Source: Octopus vulgaris
Lineage: Eukaryota
Assembly: GCA_951406725.2 (NCBI GenBank)
Contig: OX597828.1
Location: forward strand, 37,696,001 to 37,760,000
Direction: 5' to 3'
Length of the DNA stretch: 64,000 nucleotides
Below the pieces are notes generated by a model. That model was not told the DNA's origin and made no database searches. It saw only the letters and a list, made by a program, of their open reading frames with translations. Shown here piece after piece: positions 56,473 through 64,000 of the stretch; within the stretch, counting starts at the first letter, position 1, and the number at the start of each line of letters is the position of its first letter. The translations under genes were made by a program, and so were the position numbers.

Positions 56473-56925
56473 TGTATTCGCATAACTTTTATGTCTTTTA
56501 TATTTTACTTGTTTCAGTCACTGAAGTATTACAGTCGTATGAATCGACCCAGTACATTTTTGAAGCCTGGTACTTATTGTATTGATGTGTGTGTGTGTGT
56601 TTCTGTGTGTGTGTGTGTGTACACGTGACAGGTTGATGATTAGGCATGATTGGTGCAGAAGGTTAGAATGGAAATCAAAGCAACACATCACAAATGAAAT
56701 TTTATCAGAAATATCTTAAAGAAAAAAATCTTCAAACGGAATGGAAGACATATTTCTTTACGCCCTTTCAAAATACACACACAGATAAAGATACGTATTT
56801 CAATATAAACATACACACACGCATACACACACACACAAACACAAACACATAAATGTATGAATATCTACATATGTATATCTGCATAAACGTGTATATATAT
56901 ATATATATATGCCTCTCTCTCTCCT

Positions 56926-56959
<34 letters not shown>

Positions 56960-57010
56960 CATACATATATATAGGTATATATACATACATATAAGTCTAT
57001 ACATATATAC

Positions 57011-57076
<66 letters not shown>

Positions 57077-57192
57077 TATATATACATATATATGTATATA
57101 TATATATATATATGCCTAAACATTTAACGTATATACGATGACACACGTACATCTCTCTCTTTCTCTTTCTCCCAGTATATATATATATATAC

Positions 57193-57262
<70 letters not shown>

Positions 57263-58050
57263 TTTCTCACATTCACACACGCGCACACACACCTCTATAT
57301 ATGCATATATAGTCGTATACGTAAATGCTGACATATATCTCATTCTAGCTGCACATGCGAAATCCTTATAGATAATGGGTATATACGCACAACGCACTAC
57401 TGTGCCATATTTGAACAATAGACTCAAAATGGTGACTTTGGGAATATGATAAACACGCAAAACATAACAAAATACGAATCTAGAGAAAGAAACCTTATGA
57501 ACGGTATCGCGGACTCCCGTCCAACTTACTTACACATACAAAAGCACACACGTACAGACACAGAAATACACAAACACACAGTCACACAAACATCAGTAAA
57601 TATCATTCACCGTCTCCCCTACCGTTAACCATCGTAACGTAAACAAAGAATACATGTTTTTACTACAAGATTTGATGATGATATCTGGATATCATGCAAA
57701 GCTTGTGTGTGTGATAGCTGTTACAGTTAAACAATGTTCTTATAGTAAGATGAAACAGATCTAAGCAGGAAGTTAAAAGGAGCTATATTGAATATGTACC
57801 GTCTTTATTCGTTTATTATTTATTTTTATAGCTACTTAAAAACACATTTATCTTAAAGGCTACGCTAACTGCTGATGATGCTGTTGTTATTGTTGGTGTT
57901 GGTGGTGGTGTTGGAGTTGGAGCTAGTATTTTTTTTTTTTAATCTTGAGGTCTTTAACACTAGATATCTTCTCGCTGTAATGCACTGCCTCAGCCAGCTT
58001 CTGCGATATGTATACGCATATGTATCTATATGTGTATTTATATCTATATA

Positions 58051-58087
<37 letters not shown>

Positions 58088-58410
58088 GTGTGTGTGTGTA
58101 CTTGCGTGCGTGTGTGATGTGTGTGTATGTGTGAATATGAATTTTTGTGTATATAAATAAATGTACATACGTATGTACATTTCTGTGGCTGTGCATATGT
58201 GTGTTAAAATTGTTTGTCTGTCTGTCTGTCTCTATCTCTCTGTGATACGTCCAGCCTCTCACGCGCGCGCGCGGATGCAGGCTCAGCCAGTCATGTTTGT
58301 GTCTATGATTTATACTTGTATATGTTTTGGCATTCGAATGGATGTGTCGGGTGACGAAAAGGAGGAGGAGGAAGAAAATCAATATAGCAATAGCGATGAT
58401 GGCGAAGAAC

Positions 58411-58418
58411 ATGACGAC

Positions 58419-58464
<46 letters not shown>

Positions 58465-58800
58465 AGGAGGATGAGAATGAGGGACGATGATGATAATGAG
58501 GAAGATGTTGATGATGATGATGAGGGGGAGGAGGTGGAGGCTGATGTTAATGATGATGATGTGGACGATGAGGGTGAAACTGATTATGTCGATGATAATG
58601 ATGATGATGATGATGATGGTAATGATGATGATGATGGTGATGGTGATGATGATGATGATGAGGATGATTGTGATGATGATGGTGGTGATGGTGATGATGA
58701 TGATGATGATGAAGATGATGATGATGACGACGACGATGATGATGATAGTGATCATGACGATGATGTTAACGATGGTGCTGATGGTAAATATGATGATAGT
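58411..58800. repeat. Decayed (GAT)n array
   Basis: Direct reading. Confidence 0.9.
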
Positions 58801-59244
58801 TTGGGCGGTGGTATTGGGGTTGTTGATACTGGTGGTGGTGCGGCTGCTTTTATTGGATGAATTCGTTGAAAATCTGCGCAATGAAAACTATGCCACTGCA
58901 ACAAGCTGATCGATAAATGGGAGAAATCGATCGGCTTTCCTAGTCGTTTTCTTTGCAGGATACAGACAAACTGCTGGCTTTCCTAGCCTTCTTTCCCACA
59001 GGACAGAGTTTATATACGGAGCATCCCAGTTGACTTTCTAACAAGACATTATTTTATTTAGTCTTCTAGCCTTCTTTCTTGCATGTTACGGTCTAAATAC
59101 CCTTTTTTAAAGCTGTCTTCTTGAAGAAGACTATGTGAATAATGATTGTTCTAGATGTCTTCCATTAGGGATACATGCTAAATATTAGTTTCAGAATAAT
59201 GGTAGAGACTAAATGTTGATCGTTTTAACCGTCTGTTTTACCTT

Positions 59245-59980
59245 TAAGCAATTTCTTTGTTTTTTAGGGTACACTCTAACTATTCTTCCGGAAATTAAAG
59301 CAAGTACTGGACACTTAAGACGTTTTTTTTTTATTACAGTAGAGTGTAAATATTGTTTTTTTTAGCCGTCTTCCTGTATATTTAGAATGTACTCTTTTTG
59401 AGGACGTTTAAAATGTACTCTTTCAAAGTACACTCAACACCCTGTTCATTTTAGATTTCTTTCATTTCAAATAAAATTTAGACAGTGGCCTTTCGTACAT
59501 CTAACACATACATGTTAGCCATTCCATTTCATTGTCATTCATATATTTGTTGTTATATGCTCTCAGCAAGTTGAAAGTTAAGGATGCCCATGGGGTTTCT
59601 TCTCTACCGTTCTTACACATACACTAGACAAGTGTTTGTACAGTCCCAAATGTTAAGAAAACACTTTGTCCTATATTTTCTTCTCGAGCGTTTGCCATTT
59701 AGCTTTCTTTGTTGTGACAGTAATATCTTTTCATGGTAGAAACTAAATGCTTTTCCTCTCAGCAATTTCGTTGTTTTTCAGGGCACACCCTAAATATTGC
59801 TTCCGGAAATCAAGGCAAGTGCTGATCACTTTAGACGCTTTTTTTTTTATTAAAGGAGAGTGTAAATATTGGTTTTTTAGCCGTCTTCCTGTATATTTAG
59901 AATGTACACTTTCTGCGTACATTTTAAATGTACTGTCTTTCAAAGTACACTCTACAACCTGGTCGTTTTAGACTTCTTCC
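59245..59980 (+). repeat. ~220-bp diverged direct duplication (59245-59460 / 59761-59980)
   Basis: Shared agagtgtaaatattg..tttagccgtcttcctgtatatttagaatgtac. Confidence 0.85.
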
Positions 59981-60212
59981 ATGCAGATTAGATAGGGGCG
60001 GGTACCGTGATGGTTCTCAGTTATGCTCTAGATTACGGCTAACTGCATCGTTTAGTATTTAACATCTCTGACGACCCACATTCCTGCACTTGCGACCCAT
60101 ATTGACACTGGATATCTTGCCCTGGTTTGTCTCTGGATCATTTTAAAAAGGTGGAGGGGTCGTCTTTCTCTTTCTTTCTCTCTCTCTACATATCAATATG
60201 TATATTTATATT

Positions 60213-60250
<38 letters not shown>

Positions 60251-60393
60251 CTGTCATAGACATAGTATTTCGTTGACCAACCGTAACATACTACAAAGCA
60301 TACTAAAACTTACAACTCAATAATGTGCTTTTCCTAGTGTTAGCAGTGCGATATATTCTAAGTTTATTAGTATAAATTTCCTATACATTTCAG

Positions 60394-60470
60394 AGCCAGC
60401 ACTGCAAGTTATGACGTTTCGTATACGAATACGTGTATGGAAACAATGCGATCGAAAACAGAAAACTTAG
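60394..60470 (+). other. Candidate 77-nt internal exon of an unidentified transcript
   Basis: tttcctatacatttcag| acceptor, TAG|GTGAGT donor, one open frame (ASTASYDVSYTNTCMETMRSKTENL). Confidence 0.3.
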
Positions 60471-60499
60471 GTGAGTTTCTATGTATATTTTAAGAGATA

Positions 60500-60744
60500 C
60501 AGTAATCCCTCGCCATATCGCGCTTCACCTATCACAGTTCACTTGCCGCGGTTTATTATTTAAGTTTACGTCGATTTCTCTCTGGTGTTGTTTTGCATTA
60601 ATAATAAAATGAATATATACAAATTGTAATAATAATAATAATAATAAATATACAGTACATACTGTTTCTACTTCGCGGATTTTCCCCTATCACAGTGGTG
60701 AGGGCTTTTGGAACGCAACACCCACGTTAGTCGAGGTATTACTA
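60500..60744. mobile_element. pogo/Tigger-type MITE (same family, opposite orientation)
   Basis: TA|CAGTAATCCCTCGCCATATCG ... GTCGAGGTATTACT. Confidence 0.8.
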
Positions 60745-60915
60745 TGTTGCTCTTTCATCTAACCCATCAACTATTTACCATCTCATTGCTTAAATACTCC
60801 CTAAATTGGAAGGGTCATCTCAAAGTCAACAATTGGTGTAGGGGTTTACATAAAGGAGAAACGCGGTGAAATGAGATAAAAGTATGCATAATAATAAAAG
60901 TATATAAAATGTAGA

Positions 60916-61330
60916 GGCGCAGGAGTGGCTGTGTGGTAAGTAGCTTGCTAACCAACCACATGGTTCCGGGTTCAGTCCCACTGCGTGGCATCTTGGGCAG
61001 ATGTCTTCTGCTATAACCCCGGGCCGACCAATGCCTTGTGAGTACATTTGGTAGACGGAAACTGAAAGAAGCCTGTCGTATATATGTATATATATATATA
61101 TATATATAAGTGTGTGTGTCTGTGTTTGTCCCCCCAGCATTGCTTGACAACCGATGCTGGTGTGTTTACGTCCCCGTCACATAGCGGTTCGGCAAAAGAG
61201 ACCGATAGAATAAGTACTAGGCTTACAAAGAATAAGTCCCGGGGTCGATTTGCTCGACTAAAGGCGGTGCTCCAGCATGGCCGCAGTCAAATGACTGAAA
61301 CAAGTAAAAGAGTAAAAAGAGTAAAGAGAG
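60916..61330 (+). mobile_element. SINE family A (tRNA head, CORE-like TTGGGCAAG motif, internal TA tract), full length
   Basis: A box tggctgtgtgg, B box ggttcagtccc, tail aatgactgaaacaagtaaaagag repeats. Multiple copies in the window. Confidence 0.9.
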
Positions 61331-61517
61331 ACCCCTGATACAAGAGGACTACTCCAACTCGGACCAATCAAGGAACCCCACAGATCCGGGATTACTCTGA
61401 TCACCAAAGGCACGAGCACTCACCCAACTGTTGCACTTCAATGCATAGGCGCATGATTAGAGCAGGTACATTCACGCTAGAAATTATTATCAGTCACTCA
61501 CTTTTTCACAAATCCAC

Positions 61518-61568
<51 letters not shown>

Positions 61569-62221
61569 TTTTCATTCCACACTCACTTTCTTTTCCAAGT
61601 GGAATTTTAAATGGCTTGACCGAAGAGGATAGTGTATTTCTTCAAATCTTCTCAACCTCGTGTAACGCACAAACATTTTCGCCGTAGCCACTAGACAGAG
61701 GCTTGTCTTGCCTAATAACGTGTTTCATAATAATATCTGCATGCGTGTGTGAGTAATATCTTGAAGTACATCATTATGTTTAGTAGCCTTGCCAATCTCT
61801 GAGGTGTTAACACAGTTACAGATATCGTACAGGAAAGCTATGCTCGAACATATATGAATAGAAACGTTGAAGCAAGTTCTACCGAATCCATGTATGGTTT
61901 GACATGTAACAATATTCAAAGTGTCACCCATGAGATTGCAACAACACAGAATGTATTGCTCTTAATGTGAGAAAACCGCTGCAGGAATATTGATTGTGTG
62001 AATTTTACAATAGCCTTTTATTATTATCTTAGATTACATAGATAAGTTCAATGGCTTTAAATTCTCGACGCCAAGAGCGAGATGTCAATGACATTTACAT
62101 TGCTGTAGCCAGTAAACTGAATAAAATGGCAAGTTTAAGATATATATGTGTGTACACATACATGCATACATAATATATTACAAAAGTTTTAGTACACACA
62201 CACACATATATATATAAGACT

Positions 62222-62256
<35 letters not shown>

Positions 62257-62263
62257 CATATAT

Positions 62264-62346
62264 CCTTTCCTGAGCGTCCAATAATACTATACTTGTTCCA
62301 CGTCCTCGCGTTGTGTTTTCTCTTTGTTCATGTTTGGATTAACTAT
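62264..62346 (+). mobile_element. PLE 3' tip related to 47900-47982
   Basis: tttcctgagcg..aat..tt(g)ttccac resembles ttcctgagcgccatactaat..tttcccacc of the PLE end. Flanked by microsatellites. Confidence 0.45.
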
Positions 62347-62394
62347 TTACACACACACACATACACACACACACACACAGATATATATATTTGT

Positions 62395-62765
62395 GGAGGC
62401 GCAATGACCCAGTGGTTAGGCCAGTGGATTCGCGGTTCTAGGATCGCGGTTTCCATTCCCAGACCGGGTGTTGTGAGTGTTTATTGAGCGAAAACATCTA
62501 AAGCTCTACGTGGCTCTGGCAGGGGGTGCGTAGCGAACCCTGCTGTATTCTTTCCCCACAACCTTCTCTCACTTTTACTTCCTGTTTCTGTTGTACCTGT
62601 ATTTCAGTCATGTCACACTGTGTCACACTGACTCTCCCTGAGAACTACCTTAAGGGTACACGTGTCTGTGGAGTGCTCAGCCACTTGCACGTTAATTTCA
62701 CGAGCAGGCTGTTCCGTTGATCGGATCAACTGGAACCCTTTTCGTCATAATCAACGGAGTGCCAC
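62395..62765 (+). mobile_element. SINE family B, tail type 3
   Basis: aagggtacacgtgtctgtggagtgctcagccac...gatcggatcaac tail. Confidence 0.9.
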
Positions 62766-64000
62766 GTATATATTTATATATGTGTGTGTGCGTTTGCGTG
62801 TTTGTGTGTGTGTGTACGTGTGCGCGCGCGCACCCGTCTGTATAAATAAACAGAGAGATTACATATATTACCAAACATTTTGTGTGGAAGTGAATAGTCT
62901 TGCCCAGCTTATCGGACGTATGAAGACACAGTAAAAGAAAACAAGTTGTCTCTATGTAAAGTAAAAGAGCAAAAACCCCTTCATTCACAAGTGACCACGG
63001 GTTTGCACCTAGAAAGTTTCTCTCCAAGGCACAAATCCGGGCAAAGTTTTTACGGAAGACCAGCAGTCGCTCATGCATACCACTCTTCTATCGCCACACC
63101 ACAAATGCTACCGATAATGCTTGGCACCAGTGACACGCAACTCATTTCTACAGATGAGTGAACTGGAGCAACGTGAAATAAAGTGTCTTGCTCAAGAACA
63201 CAACACACAACTTTTCAAAGCACTAATATTTATCATACATTCGCTGTCGAACAGATCGTTTGAATGCATATGTATATCAAGTCAATTAAGTCAGTTAACG
63301 TTAATTGCGTTACAATTCCTAATTTTTTAGTATAATAAAATTGACCAAACGGAGCATAAATATTGCATATTTATTTGATTTTATATGTATTCAGTTTTGT
63401 AGAAATTTCCGTTTCCATGGCGATTTATAATTGCATTAACCAGCATTTCATGTTTATAAGCAATTAGTGGGAAAAGAGCCGAACGTATTTATGGCAATCT
63501 TACTATTGTAATGAAAGGAAGACTATTATGTTTTAGTCACCAACATTATTTTGTCTTTTTCGTATCTTATTTTTGTAATAATTTTTGTATAATGATTTTG
63601 TATAATAAGTTTTATATATACGCTCTAATGACGTTCCCAAATTATTAACGGAAGAAGTATTCAAACATTTTACGATGCATCTAAACAATAATTATCCAGT
63701 AAAATAATACAGGATTATTAAAACAATATTGATATGCCGAATTAGTAATTTATAAAAATTATATGAGACATTACAGGCGAGAAGCATTCTTAAAGAGATA
63801 ACAAATAACTGGCTTACTAACCGCCAGTAATTTTACGGCAATAATTGCTACTTACACTGCCGATATAAATTTTAATGAAGAATACTAGTAATTAATTAAT
63901 CCATAACCATATTTGATTAGAGAGAAAAACAGTAGTTCCCCAATAGGTTGTTTAATTTATCTATTAATGTATAATACACAAGTATAGAGAGTTCTAGAAC

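Noticed and set aside
58161-58909. Acidic poly-Asp protein-like ORF
   Set aside because: Decayed (GAT)n array with an internal stop; no supporting exon structure.

Overview
Eukaryotic, AT-rich, extremely microsatellite-dense intergenic or intronic DNA. The SSR load and tRNA-derived SINE families resemble an octopus (coleoid cephalopod) genome; this is an inference. No host protein-coding gene is recognisable, and almost all ORFs in the track are microsatellite artefacts. The only long real ORF is a 5'-truncated Penelope-like retroelement (RT plus C-terminal GIY-YIG, Neptune-like) inserted in a (TA)n array at 45229-47982. Also present are two Tc1 fossils, a DD37D/mariner-like remnant, an R4/Dong LINE 3' end in (TAA)n, hAT/pogo/mariner MITEs, Helitron ends, three SINE families and a tRNA-Glu pseudogene. 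The most interesting signal is a set of short (about 100-310 bp) (TA)n-flanked cassettes from several unrelated families. They carry type I hammerhead ribozymes with palindromic stem III, and several have fold-back ends. One family is a ~190-bp derivative of the Penelope 3' end with a fixed 5' boundary and a variant CUGUAGA core. All alignments and folds were done by eye.
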